Shown piece after piece: positions 38,736-48,714 of a stretch of 64,000 nt of DNA; the stretch's first letter is position 1; the number at the start of each line of letters is the position of its first letter. The DNA is from Dehalococcoidia bacterium (GTDB lineage Bacteria > Chloroflexota > Dehalococcoidia > Plut-88900), in NCBI GenBank assembly GCA_965207225.1, contig CBDBLV010000005.1, positions 288,001 to 352,000 of the forward strand. The letters are read 5' to 3'. The translations under genes and the position numbers were made by a program. The notes beneath the pieces were generated by a model. The model was not told the DNA's origin. It was given only the letters and a program-made list of their open reading frames with translations, and did no database searches.

Positions 38736-39533
38736 ATGCCCCTCAACCAAGACCATTCCAACTTCGACGCCCTCACTCAGATTGTCGCGACCCTGCGCGC
38801 CCCCGGCGGCTGTCCCTGGGACCGCAAGCAGACCCACCAGTCCCTCGGCAAGCACCTCGTCGAGGAGTGCTACGAGGCCCTCGAAGCCTTCGATGAGGAC
38901 GACCCCGCCAAGATCAAGGAGGAGCTCGGCGACATCCTGCTCCAGGTTATGCTCCACTCGCGAATCGCCGAGGACAAGGGCCTCTTCAGCGTGGACGATG
39001 TGATATCTGTGCTCTCCGACAAGCTGGTCAGCCGGCACCCCCACGTCTTCGGCGACGATGACGCAGCCACCGCCGAGGACGTCGAGGCCCGCTGGGAGGT
39101 CCGCAAGCGCAAGGAGAAGGGCCGCAAGTCCGTCCTGGACGGCGTCCCGAGCGCCCTTCCCGCGCTCGCCCACAGCCAGTCCATCCACCGCCGCGCTGCC
39201 AACGCCGGCTTCGACTGGGATGACGTGGACGGTGCTATGGAGAAGCTGGACGAAGAGATCGCCGAACTCCGTCAAGCCTCCACCCCCGAGGAACTTGAAG
39301 AAGAGCTCGGCGATGTCCTGTCTACCCTCGTAAACATGGGTCGCAAGCTCGACCTCGACATGGAAGCGGCCCTCCGAAAGTCGAACCGGAAATTCATTAG
39401 ACGCTTCACCCGCATGGAGGAACTCTCCCAGGAGCGCAGTCTCGACCTGGCGGAGATGGGATTCGCGGAGCTTGAAGCGCTCTGGCAGGAGGCCAAGGGC
39501 AAATTAGCCCTGGAGGAAAAAGCCTATGGGTAA
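38736..39533 (+). CDS. mazG: Nucleoside triphosphate pyrophosphohydrolase
   Basis: LRAPGGCPWD, EELGD twice. Confidence 0.95.
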   Translation: MPLNQDHSNFDALTQIVATLRAPGGCPWDRKQTHQSLGKHLVEECYEALEAFDEDDPAKIKEELGDILLQVMLHSRIAEDKGLFSVDDVISVLSDKLVSRHPHVFGDDDAATAEDVEARWEVRKRKEKGRKSVLDGVPSALPALAHSQSIHRRAANAGFDWDDVDGAMEKLDEEIAELRQASTPEELEEELGDVLSTLVNMGRKLDLDMEAALRKSNRKFIRRFTRMEELSQERSLDLAEMGFAELEALWQEAKGKLALEEKAYG

Positions 39534-40749
39534 CAACGGCAGCAGCAGCCTGCCCCTCGCCGGGGTCAGGGTGCTGGACATGAGCCAGGCCCTGGCGGGC
39601 CCCTTCGGCTCGCGGATCCTGGGAGACCTCGGCGCCGAGGTCCTGAAAATCGAGCAGCCCGGAGTCGGGGATTCCAGCCGACGCTTCCCGCCCTACTACC
39701 TGGAGGGCGAAAGCGCCTACTTCCTCGGCATGAACCGCAACAAGAAGGGCCTGACCCTCAACCTGAAGAGCGAAAAGGGCAAGGAAATCTTCCAGGGCCT
39801 GGTAAAGGTCTCGGACGTGGTCTACGAGAACTTCAGGCCCGGCGTCCTGGACCGGCTCGGCTTCGGCTACGAGGCCCTGAAAGAGATAAACCCCCGAATC
39901 ATCTACTGCTCGATCTCGGGTTTCGGCACCTCCGGGCCGTTGAGAGACGGCCCCGCCTTCGATGGCATGATCCAGGCCATGGGCGGCGCCATGAGCGTGA
40001 CAGGATTCAAGGGCGGCCCCCCGGCCCTCATGGGCTACCCCATGGGTGATGTTGGCGGCGGCCTCTACGCTGTCCAGGGTATCCTCGCCGCCCTATACTC
40101 CCGAGAGCAGAAGGGCGTCGGCCAGGAGATAAGCATCAGCCTCTTGGACGTTCAGATCGCCCTGCAGGCCCACGTCGGACAGCTCTTCCTGGTCTCCGGC
40201 AACCTCCCGAATCCCGTGGGCAACAGCCACGAGACCAACGTCCCCATCGGCGCTTTCGGCACCAGTGATGGCGCCTACGTTCAGATTAGCTGCCCGACCC
40301 AGAAGTTCTACGAAAACCTCGCCGACATCATCTCCCGCATGGATGGCTTCGCCGACCTCCCCTCCGACCCCCGCTTCGCTTCCCCCAACCTCCGCCACGA
40401 GCACAAGGCCGAGCTGGAGGAGATAATTCAAAGAGCCTTCTCCATGAAATCCGTCGAGCAGTGGCTCAAGGAGCTCTCCGAGGGCCAGGTCCCGGCAGCC
40501 AAGGTAAACAACTTCGCCGAGGCCCTATCCAACCCTCAGATAATCCACCGCAAAATGGTCGTCGAGCAGCAGCACCCCGTAAGCGGCCGGTACAAGGCCG
40601 CTGGCAACCCCATCAAGATGTCCGAAACCGAGGCCGAGTCTTTTGCCCCCGCCCCCACCCTCGGCCAGCACAACCGCGAAATCCTGACTGACCTCCTCGA
40701 CTACTCCGCCGACGAGGTCGACGCCCTGGAGAAAGAGGGAGCCATCTAG
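39526..40749 (+). CDS. CaiB/BaiF family III CoA transferase
   Basis: LAGVRVLDMSQALAGP, NRNKK, ENFRPG. Confidence 0.93.
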   Translation: MGNNGSSSLPLAGVRVLDMSQALAGPFGSRILGDLGAEVLKIEQPGVGDSSRRFPPYYLEGESAYFLGMNRNKKGLTLNLKSEKGKEIFQGLVKVSDVVYENFRPGVLDRLGFGYEALKEINPRIIYCSISGFGTSGPLRDGPAFDGMIQAMGGAMSVTGFKGGPPALMGYPMGDVGGGLYAVQGILAALYSREQKGVGQEISISLLDVQIALQAHVGQLFLVSGNLPNPVGNSHETNVPIGAFGTSDGAYVQISCPTQKFYENLADIISRMDGFADLPSDPRFASPNLRHEHKAELEEIIQRAFSMKSVEQWLKELSEGQVPAAKVNNFAEALSNPQIIHRKMVVEQQHPVSGRYKAAGNPIKMSETEAESFAPAPTLGQHNREILTDLLDYSADEVDALEKEGAI

Positions 40750-40751
40750 CC

Positions 40752-41978
40752 ATGCCTGAAGACCCTGCCACCCACCCCATCCTCAGCGAGATCAACCGGA
40801 ACGAGCTTGTGGAGCTGGGGAAAGACCTCATCCGCATACCCAGCAAAATAGGCGAAGAGACCCCCGCTGCCCGCTGGACCGCCGAGTACATGAAGTCCCG
40901 CGGCCTTGAGGTCGAGCTTCAGGAGGTAGAGCCCGGCTGGTACCAGGCCATCGGCGTGGTAAAGGGCTCGGGTGGCGGGCGCAGCATCATGCTCAACGGC
41001 CACCTGGACAGTAACCCCATCGCCTCAGGCTGGACCCGAAACCCCTACGACCCCTGGGTAGAGGGCAACCGGCTATACGGCGCGGGCATCAGGAACATGA
41101 AGAGTGGCGTCGCCTCCATGATCCACGCCGCCGACGCCATCTTAAAGTCGGGCGTGAAGCTCAAGGGCGACGTGGTCGTCGCGTGCGTCCTCGCCGAGCT
41201 CCAGGGGGGCCTCGGGACCCTGCATGCCATCGAGAACGGCTACAAGACCGACGTTGCCGTCGTCACCGAGCCATATGGCGCTCATCAGGTCTGCACCAAG
41301 CACGGCGGCATGAGCAAGTTCTCCCTGCACGTCAAGGGCCGACACCCCCACGGCGCCGATGTCCACGGCGTCGACGCCATTCCCAAGATGATGAAAGCCA
41401 TCGAGGCAATTTATGCCACCAAGCTAACCCATGCCCCCTGGGTGATAGAGGGCCTCCCCTGGCTCAAGATCGGCTCTATAATCGGCGGCCGCGGCGAGTC
41501 ATACGACATGCGCTCAGTCAGCCGAAACGCCGACCTCTGTACCGCCTTTATCGCCGTTAGCACCGTTCCCGGCATGACCGCCGACACCCTCCGCGCCGAC
41601 TTCGAAGGCACATTGGACAGGCTGAAGGCCGAAGACCCCGACTTTGAATATGAACTGGTCCATCCCATCGAGCGTAAGTTCAACACCTGGATCCTGGACC
41701 ACCCTCCCATGGACATGGATGAGGACGAGGAGATCGTCAAAGTCGTCTCCGATAGCTACCGTCGGGTCACGGGCAACGAGGTCAGGCAGGTCGGGCCGCC
41801 GGAGTCAGCCCTCTCTGCCCGCTACGGCGATGACGACGCCCACCTCTGGCTCGCCGGCATCCCCGCACCCATCTATGGCCCTTCCGGCGGCTCCTACGGT
41901 GTCGACTATTCCGACATCGATGAGATGGAGCTCTGCAGCCGGGTCCTCGCCCTCACCGCCGAGTCCATTTGTTCCTAG
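40752..41978 (+). CDS. M20/ArgE-DapE family hydrolase (divergent metal site)
   Basis: LNGHLD, LYGAGIRNMKSG, TEP. Confidence 0.85.
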   Translation: MPEDPATHPILSEINRNELVELGKDLIRIPSKIGEETPAARWTAEYMKSRGLEVELQEVEPGWYQAIGVVKGSGGGRSIMLNGHLDSNPIASGWTRNPYDPWVEGNRLYGAGIRNMKSGVASMIHAADAILKSGVKLKGDVVVACVLAELQGGLGTLHAIENGYKTDVAVVTEPYGAHQVCTKHGGMSKFSLHVKGRHPHGADVHGVDAIPKMMKAIEAIYATKLTHAPWVIEGLPWLKIGSIIGGRGESYDMRSVSRNADLCTAFIAVSTVPGMTADTLRADFEGTLDRLKAEDPDFEYELVHPIERKFNTWILDHPPMDMDEDEEIVKVVSDSYRRVTGNEVRQVGPPESALSARYGDDDAHLWLAGIPAPIYGPSGGSYGVDYSDIDEMELCSRVLALTAESICS

Positions 41979-41994
41979 CACGGAAGCGCTTGAT

Positions 41995-42585
41995 ATGTTC
42001 CTCCCCCGACTCCTCATAGGCAAAGGCCTGCAAAGGCGCATCCTGGCCATGGCCTTCGTGCAGGTCGCTGAGATGGCCGTTTCCGAAAACGTCGGCGTCC
42101 TCTCCGGCCCCTCCGCCCGACGCTGGGCCGACTCCCTCGCCAAGTCCGCAGGCACATCGGGGTTGGGAGGGGGTCTGGCCTCACTCCTCGGCCCCCGGCT
42201 GGCTGCAAGCCTCTTGCGGCAAACACCCTTGGGAAACATCGTTCCCGGTCAGAACAAAGACGTAGACCCTGCCCTGTCAATGAGTGCGCTGACCACAGCT
42301 CTGGGCATTCTCGGCAAGGACGACTCGAAAGACCTCAGAAAGAGCCTGCTTCCCCAGTTGTTGGACGCTATACCCGGAGTAGGCACTGCAAAGGAAGTGG
42401 CCCTGCTCGACGGCAACCTCCTCTTCCACGAACCCTCCCTCTACCTGCGCCACTCCAGGAGGGCGCTTGACGACGCCCTGTCCATTCTTCCCGTCGAGTT
42501 TGGGGCCCTGGTTCTGGCCGCCCAGACCCTCTTCAAAGGTGAAAAAGTCAGGGTCTCGGAGCCGACGGATCAGCCGAGGGGTTGA
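41995..42585 (+). CDS. Hypothetical protein
   Basis: Open frame in gap downstream of M20 gene; codon pattern like neighbours. Confidence 0.5.
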   Translation: MFLPRLLIGKGLQRRILAMAFVQVAEMAVSENVGVLSGPSARRWADSLAKSAGTSGLGGGLASLLGPRLAASLLRQTPLGNIVPGQNKDVDPALSMSALTTALGILGKDDSKDLRKSLLPQLLDAIPGVGTAKEVALLDGNLLFHEPSLYLRHSRRALDDALSILPVEFGALVLAAQTLFKGEKVRVSEPTDQPRG

Positions 42586-43327
42586 ACAGCGGGCACATCT
42601 CCGAAAAGTCACACGGGCAGGACGGGTTCAGCCGGGGGTCGAATTCTTCATTCGCTATCGATTGAGAGACCGATGTGACTGTCTCCTCCGCCTCCCTGAG
42701 CGTCGACTCGTCCCGAGCCTCGACCTCCACGTTAGTGTTGGAACGAAGGTGATACAGCGAAAGCTTCTCCACCGGCAGAAGCCAGGTCCCCTGCGCCCCG
42801 AGCTGGTACATGCTCAACTGGAGGCTCCCCTCCACCTCGCTCGTGGTGATGTCCCGCTTGCCACTCTTGTAGTCCAGGATGTTCAGGCCGCCGGTCGGCG
42901 ATATGTCCACCCGGTCTATGTACCCCCTGAACGGCACCCCGCCTATGTCCACCGTGAACCACTTCTCCGTCGCCAGCGGCATCCGGTAGGCCCTGGAGTT
43001 CAGCTCCCAGAACCGGGTCAGTATCTCCCTGCCCGTCTGCTTGTCCGACGCCTCCCGCTTCTTGCTGAAATACCCCCACGAGCTCCACGTCCGATCGTAA
43101 AACTCCAGGAATTCCTCCAGCGTTGGTGGCCCCTGTCCCCTCTTGAAGAAATACTGCGCGCAACGGTGCAGCGTATTCCCGAAACTGAAATAGGACTTGG
43201 GTTTGGTCGGCAGCTTGTCGATGTACTGAAACCTGTAGAATAGGCCGCAGGTCTGATAAGCTGATATCTGGGAGTAGCTGAGGGGTCGCACCAGCCGAGT
43301 ATAGGAACCGTCGGCGCCGCGGGTCAA
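42548..43327 (-). CDS. PD-(D/E)XK RecB-like nuclease with Cys cluster
   Basis: LSYSQISAYQTC, GYIDRVD, LDYKSG, QLSMY, CPCDFSEMC. Confidence 0.88.
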   Translation of the reverse strand: MTRGADGSYTRLVRPLSYSQISAYQTCGLFYRFQYIDKLPTKPKSYFSFGNTLHRCAQYFFKRGQGPPTLEEFLEFYDRTWSSWGYFSKKREASDKQTGREILTRFWELNSRAYRMPLATEKWFTVDIGGVPFRGYIDRVDISPTGGLNILDYKSGKRDITTSEVEGSLQLSMYQLGAQGTWLLPVEKLSLYHLRSNTNVEVEARDESTLREAEETVTSVSQSIANEEFDPRLNPSCPCDFSEMCPLFNPSADPSAPRP

Positions 43328-43362
43328 TACAAAGTCCCATTCCCCTCAAAGGAGATGACCAA

Positions 43363-44793
43363 ATGGCCAAGACCTTCAAGACACCCCAGGACTACATCGA
43401 AAGCATCCGGGATGGCAGGGTCATCTACGCCGACGGCGAGAAGATCACCGACGTCATGGACCATCCCGTCACCCGACACGGCGCCCTTTCATATTCCCGA
43501 CAATACGCCCGCTTCCACGACCCCGCAGTCAAAGATATCTTCACCGCCCCCGACCCCGAGACCGGCGAACCCGTCGACCTCTTCCTCACACCCCCCAGGT
43601 CCGCCGACGACCTGCTCAGGCGGGCCAAGGCGCTGGCTCTCTCTGAAGAGCTGGGATATGGGGGGGCTCCCGCATTGAGCGATGCCATGCTTTCCCTCTT
43701 CATGGTCTCCCAGGAAATCGCCGAAGCCAACCCGATGTACAAGGCCAACATCGATAACTTCTACCGTCGCTTTCGCGAAGAAGACCTCATCATGGCCATC
43801 GCCATGTCCGACACCAAGGGCGACCGTTCCCTTCACCCCGGCCAGCAGTCCGACCCCGACCTATACGTCCGAAAGGTGGAAGAACGAGACGACGGCATCG
43901 TCATTCGCGGCATGAAGGCCCACATCACGGGGGCCGCCTACATGCACGAACTGGTGGTGATGCCCACCAAGAAGATGAGACCCGACGAGTCGGATTACTC
44001 CGTGACCTGCATAGTTTCCCCGGGTACCGAGGGCGTGAAGCTGCTCATGAGGCCCCGACGCATGGTGGGCTCAGACTTTGAGTACCCGGTCAGCCACGAC
44101 GAGCCGGGCGCCGAGTGTTTCGTCTGGTTCGACGACGTTTTCGTACCATGGGAGAGGGTGATCCAGAACGGGGAAGACTGGCTCTCTCAGCCCATTGCCC
44201 GGGGCCTGGGTCTCCTGCTGCGCTATTCAGCCCTCTGCAGCATGAAGCACACCGCAGAAGTGCTGGCGGGAGCAGCGTACCTGCTGGCCCAGTACAACGG
44301 CGTCGAAAAGGCCCCCCACATCCGCGATCACTTCTTCGAATTCGCCATGCTGGCCAGCGCCATGGACGCCTTCGTCACTTCCGCCGCCATGACCTGCACC
44401 ATGTCCGACGGCATGGCGATACCCAACGGCGTTATAACCAACGTCGCCAAGTACATGTTTACCGACAAACTAAGCGACATGTACAAGCACCTCATCGATA
44501 TCGGCGGGGCAATCATCGCCACCCAGCCCTGGGAAACCGACTACAACAACCCCGAACTTCACTCCGCCTTTAGAAAGTACCTCTCGGGCGGCGACAGGGC
44601 TACCGCCGACCAGCGCATGAGGCTCTACAATTTCGTGCGTGACATCGCTGCCGACGAATATGCCAGCCACTTCCTGATGACCGAATACCACGGCGCAGGC
44701 TCGCCCCAGGCCCAGAAGATGATGACTATCTTCGGCTACGACTTTGATGCCGCGGCGGAAAAGGTCAGGCGCCTGGCCCGGATAGAAGAGTAG
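43363..44793 (+). CDS. 4-hydroxyphenylacetate 3-hydroxylase / 4-hydroxybutyryl-CoA dehydratase family protein
   Basis: SDTKGDRS, GIVIRGMKAHIT, FDDVFVPWERV, HGAGSP. Confidence 0.88.
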   Translation: MAKTFKTPQDYIESIRDGRVIYADGEKITDVMDHPVTRHGALSYSRQYARFHDPAVKDIFTAPDPETGEPVDLFLTPPRSADDLLRRAKALALSEELGYGGAPALSDAMLSLFMVSQEIAEANPMYKANIDNFYRRFREEDLIMAIAMSDTKGDRSLHPGQQSDPDLYVRKVEERDDGIVIRGMKAHITGAAYMHELVVMPTKKMRPDESDYSVTCIVSPGTEGVKLLMRPRRMVGSDFEYPVSHDEPGAECFVWFDDVFVPWERVIQNGEDWLSQPIARGLGLLLRYSALCSMKHTAEVLAGAAYLLAQYNGVEKAPHIRDHFFEFAMLASAMDAFVTSAAMTCTMSDGMAIPNGVITNVAKYMFTDKLSDMYKHLIDIGGAIIATQPWETDYNNPELHSAFRKYLSGGDRATADQRMRLYNFVRDIAADEYASHFLMTEYHGAGSPQAQKMMTIFGYDFDAAAEKVRRLARIEE

Positions 44794-44799
44794 CTGGCT

Positions 44800-45201
44800 T
44801 TACTCGGTGAATATCGGCGACCCGTGATGGTGGACCATCAGCCACCGGTCACCCTGTAGCGTGTACAGGTTGGTGGCCTGCACGAGCCCCATGTTCTCCT
44901 GCCCGCCCGACACGCTTCGTAGGTTCTCCATGCACGTTACCCGCGCCCACGGCCCCGACACCAGCACCTCCACCCTCGTCAGGTTGAACTCCATATAGCT
45001 CGTGTTCCTGAAAATCACCGCCCAGCTCTCCCTCACCTCCCCCCACCCCGACTTTAGCGTCCAGCCAGGGTGTATCACCTGCGCCGTATCGTCCTGCACC
45101 CACACCCCGGCCATCTGCTCAATGTCCAGGCTCTCAAACGCCCGGTAGAACCGCTCATTCGCCGCGGTGACTTCGGCTATGGCATCTCCCTCGGAAACCA
45201 T
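44800..45201 (-). CDS. SnoaL/NTF2-like protein
   Basis: ANERFYRAFE, IHPGW, MVHHHGS. Confidence 0.88.
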   Translation of the reverse strand: MVSEGDAIAEVTAANERFYRAFESLDIEQMAGVWVQDDTAQVIHPGWTLKSGWGEVRESWAVIFRNTSYMEFNLTRVEVLVSGPWARVTCMENLRSVSGGQENMGLVQATNLYTLQGDRWLMVHHHGSPIFTE

Positions 45202-45207
45202 GACACC

Positions 45208-46146
45208 CTAATTGGCAGTCCGGACCGGATAAGGCGCCTTCACCATCCCCCCGAACTTCGTCCCTTCATCCGAGAACAGTTCCGGGTGGAAAATCTGCGC
45301 CAGGATCTCTAGGCCGTCAACCACCCGGGGCCCGGGCCTGTTGAAGTACGACGACCCGTCCACCACGTACACCTCCCCCTTCCCCACCGCATCCAGCCCG
45401 TACCACTCATCGGGGAAGTTCGTCTTCTCCATCTCATCCAACGCCCTACCGGCGCTGAACCCACAGGGCATCACCACGATCAGGTCGGGGTTGTATTCGG
45501 CAATCCGGGGCCAGTCCACCTGGAAAGATGGTTTGCCTGCAACGCCCAGCCCATCCTCCCCTCCCGCCATAGCCACCATCTCCGGAACCCAGTGCCCGCC
45601 TATGAACACCGGGTCCAGCCACTCCATGCACAGCACCCAAGGCTTGCTTTGCGCCTCTGAAGCAATCCTCTCCACCCTCTCCACCCGAGCCCTCAGCCCG
45701 CCTATCACCTCCTCCGCCCGACCCTCGACCCCCGCCATCTCCCCCACTATCCTGATAGTGTCCAGTATCTCACCGACGGAGCTCGGCTCCAGTGATACCA
45801 CCCGGGTATCGCACTGCAGCATTGATGCTGCTGCTTCCACCTGGTGATAGGACACGGCGCAAACATCGCACAGTTCCTGGGTCAGGATCAGATCAGGGCT
45901 TGCCTCGTCCAGCAGTTCCTGGTCCAGGTTGTAAATGCTGCTCCCGCCGTGGACCAACCCCGTGATAGCGTCGTGGATATCCTTACCGCTCATAGACTCC
46001 CCGTTCACCACGCTGGACGTCACCGAGGCAATGCCTGCCGTCTCCGCCGGATAGTCGCATTCGTGCGTTACCCCGACCAGCGAGTCCCCCAATCCCAACG
46101 CGAACACTATCTCTGTGCTGCTTGGGAGCAGGGAGCATATCTTCAC
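45208..46146 (-). CDS. BtuF/FepB-like substrate-binding protein
   Basis: SLLPSSTEIV, GVTHECDYP, FNRPGPR. Confidence 0.85.
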   Translation of the reverse strand: MKICSLLPSSTEIVFALGLGDSLVGVTHECDYPAETAGIASVTSSVVNGESMSGKDIHDAITGLVHGGSSIYNLDQELLDEASPDLILTQELCDVCAVSYHQVEAAASMLQCDTRVVSLEPSSVGEILDTIRIVGEMAGVEGRAEEVIGGLRARVERVERIASEAQSKPWVLCMEWLDPVFIGGHWVPEMVAMAGGEDGLGVAGKPSFQVDWPRIAEYNPDLIVVMPCGFSAGRALDEMEKTNFPDEWYGLDAVGKGEVYVVDGSSYFNRPGPRVVDGLEILAQIFHPELFSDEGTKFGGMVKAPYPVRTAN

Positions 46147-46994
46147 GCCGCCGCCCTCGCCGCCGACACCTCCCTGCTGAGTCGTGCCAGTATTTCCGCA
46201 GTGTGCCCTGCCTCCATGTTGTCCACCGTGTACACCTTCTCCCCCGAGATTCCGTCCACCCCTCCCGCGTCTATCCACTTCTTCACCATCTTGAACTCTT
46301 CATCGACAGTGGGAAGCAGATCTTTACCCGTTAGAGCAGAAAGACATGCCACCAGACCATACCCTCCCCAGTTTGAAACACTGGCAATGATCAGCTGCTC
46401 GGCGGGCGTTACAGCCGGGTCCGGGACCAGCGTCGAGACCTTCGGAATGTGCTCATACACCGACCCCATTCCTATCTCGTTGCCGCCGTCTCCAATCGCC
46501 ACGGTCCTGTCCACCGCCTGGAACAGGTAGTCAAGCTTCGCCGTATTCTCAGATATATCCACGCCCCTCATGTTCAGGTACAGCTTCGACTCCCTCGTCA
46601 TTCCCGCCCGCTCTATCGAGATCGCTAGCCCCGGCTTCAACTCCGTCAGGAGGCTCCTTGACTCCAGCTTGCTGATTTCGTGGCCTGCAATTGCGAATTC
46701 CCGGACCTTCTTCCTGGCCCCTCCCACCAGCTTTCGCAGCATCGGCGCCGCTCCATCGGTGACGTAGGTCACCTTCCTGCCCAGCTTTTCCAGCGCCCGA
46801 CCTATCGCCACCGCCCCCGGAGGTCCGTCCGTCTCCCACGATCCCTTCACGTAGAAGCCCGTGAGTATGATCACCGGCCCCTCCGACTCCAGCACGTACT
46901 CCGCCGCCCGATTGCAGAAATCGGGTGGCAATTTGCGTCTCAAGCGGGAAACGCCGCGTGTGTCTCGACTCAGGATGATGTCTTCTATAGTCAT
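46143..46994 (-). CDS. DUF4392 protein (D-glutamate cyclase C-terminal-like)
   Basis: ETDGPPGA, IGDGGNEIGMG, VSNWGGY. Confidence 0.85.
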   Translation of the reverse strand: MTIEDIILSRDTRGVSRLRRKLPPDFCNRAAEYVLESEGPVIILTGFYVKGSWETDGPPGAVAIGRALEKLGRKVTYVTDGAAPMLRKLVGGARKKVREFAIAGHEISKLESRSLLTELKPGLAISIERAGMTRESKLYLNMRGVDISENTAKLDYLFQAVDRTVAIGDGGNEIGMGSVYEHIPKVSTLVPDPAVTPAEQLIIASVSNWGGYGLVACLSALTGKDLLPTVDEEFKMVKKWIDAGGVDGISGEKVYTVDNMEAGHTAEILARLSREVSAARAAA

Positions 46995-47005
46995 AGACTT
47001 ACTTT

Positions 47006-47791
47006 CTACAAGGCTGCCGTCGTCTCGTTCGGTATGTCCGTCACGAACATGTAGCCCGGAGCATGGGTGATCATCAGCGACGGTCGAGACTTCTCGGCCA
47101 CCGCCTGTGGAGTAACTCCGCACGCCCAGAACACCGGCGTTTCGTTCTCCTTGAACTCCACGGGGTCTCCGTAGTCGGGCTTCGAAATGTCCTTTATCCC
47201 GATAGACCCCGGCTCCCCCACATGCACCGGCGCCCCATGCACGTCCGGGTACCGGGAAGTCACCTGCACCGCCTTGACAACCTGCGAGTGGGCTACCGGC
47301 CTCATACTCACCACCATCGGCCCCGAGAACACCCCCGCGCTCTGGGTCTCCATGTTCGTCACGTACATCGATACGTTGGACCCCTGCTCGATGTGGCGCA
47401 TCGGGATCTGGGCCCGCATCAACGCTTCCTCGAACGTGAAGCTGCACCCCAGCAGGAACGACACCATATCATCTCGCCAGTACTCTGCGATGTCCGGCAC
47501 CTCGGCTTCCAGCACCCCATCCCGGTACACCCGGTAGGCTGGTAGGTCCGTGCGTATGTCCGCCCCCGGCGCCGACACCCGAGGCTCAACCTGTCCAGGC
47601 TCCAGCACCTCGATCAGGGGACACGGCTTCCGGTTCCGCTGGCAAAATAGCAGGAAGTCGAAAGCGTACTCCTTCGGAAGGATTGCCAGGTTCGCCTGCG
47701 TATAACCGGGCGCAACGCCCGCCGTGACCCCCGCAAACGCCCCCGACCGCGTCTCGGCCCTGAACTCCGCGGGGTTGTTGTGGTTGCTCAT
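47006..47791 (-). CDS. DUF1445 putative hydro-lyase (D-glutamate cyclase N-terminal-like)
   Basis: [31 protein letters not shown]. Confidence 0.9.
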   Translation of the reverse strand: MSNHNNPAEFRAETRSGAFAGVTAGVAPGYTQANLAILPKEYAFDFLLFCQRNRKPCPLIEVLEPGQVEPRVSAPGADIRTDLPAYRVYRDGVLEAEVPDIAEYWRDDMVSFLLGCSFTFEEALMRAQIPMRHIEQGSNVSMYVTNMETQSAGVFSGPMVVSMRPVAHSQVVKAVQVTSRYPDVHGAPVHVGEPGSIGIKDISKPDYGDPVEFKENETPVFWACGVTPQAVAEKSRPSLMITHAPGYMFVTDIPNETTAAL

Positions 47792-48047
47792 ATCGAGTGC
47801 CCTCCTCTCCGCGTAATATACCACCCTCCCCCTCCTTCCCCAACATCCAACCCCTGCACCTCCACCATTCCGATGCCCCGCGAGGAATCTGGCGTGGTCT
47901 CCGGTCCCCTCTCCCTCGACGGGTCGAAGATGCGCCTCAGGCGTGAGAGGGTTAGGGTGAGGGTGAACTACTGCAAAGAATCAACCAAGGCAAAGTTCCT
48001 AACAGGCAACACTGCGGTGACCTTCCTGGCCGTGTTAGCATAACCCT

Positions 48048-48323
48048 ATGAGTTTCAGTATGTCGCAATCGATTCCCGCCGACCTCTCCGCTCGCGGCGC
48101 ATCCCTTTACGAACAAAGCATCCGCTCTCAGGTCGAACCCCAAGAAAACGGAAAATTCGTTGTCATTGACATCTTTAGCGGCGACTTTGAGGTCGGAATC
48201 CGTGATGCCGACGCCACCAAACGCCTTCTCGACCGTCACCCCGACGCCATGACATGGGCCGTCCGAGTCGGCCACCCGACTCCCTACGTCTGGCTTTCCA
48301 GGCGGTCTCCTTTCAATGATTAG
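48048..48323 (+). CDS. Small hypothetical protein (DUF5678-like), coupled to protease
   Basis: GKFVVIDIFSGDFEV...TWAVRVGH; 8-bp ATGATTAG overlap. Confidence 0.75.
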   Translation: MSFSMSQSIPADLSARGASLYEQSIRSQVEPQENGKFVVIDIFSGDFEVGIRDADATKRLLDRHPDAMTWAVRVGHPTPYVWLSRRSPFND

Positions 48324-48696
48324 AGGTCGGGTAACCGCCGACGGGGCCCCGAGGGTTCGTATCGAAATCCTGGATGAAATGGGTCAGGCTAGACCTATAG
48401 CAGCCGTGTTAGACACCGGATTTACAGGTGACCTATCGCTTCCTTCCTCTAGTCTGAGCAGTCTTGGATTGAGGCCGGTTGGGCAGCGCATGTTTAGACT
48501 CGCGGATGGAGGAACATCCGTGATGAATACTTATGCAGGATCCGTGAACTGGCATGATAAAGCTCGGGATATTCTGGTCGTGGAATCCGAGGGAACGGCA
48601 ATGGTCGGTATGAACTTGATTTGGGGTAGCCGGGTTACTTTGGAGGCCCGAGAAGATGGGGACATTGTCATCGAACCCCTTCCTAGACCAGCCTAA
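48316..48696 (+). CDS. Clan AA aspartyl protease (AF_0612-like)
   Basis: VLDTGFTGDL, LADG, VGMNLIWG. Confidence 0.88.
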   Translation: MIRGRVTADGAPRVRIEILDEMGQARPIAAVLDTGFTGDLSLPSSSLSSLGLRPVGQRMFRLADGGTSVMNTYAGSVNWHDKARDILVVESEGTAMVGMNLIWGSRVTLEAREDGDIVIEPLPRPA

Positions 48697-48714
48697 ATTA
48701 GCAACTAGAAAGAA

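Noticed and set aside
42548-43327. Cas4 of a CRISPR system
   Set aside because: Stand-alone PD-(D/E)XK nuclease with no cas1/cas2 or array nearby; this family is common outside CRISPR loci.
46995-47447. Long N-terminal extensions of ORFs 46143-47447, 45208-46278 and 52314-53804
   Set aside because: They overlap upstream genes in another frame; family homology starts at the trimmed starts.
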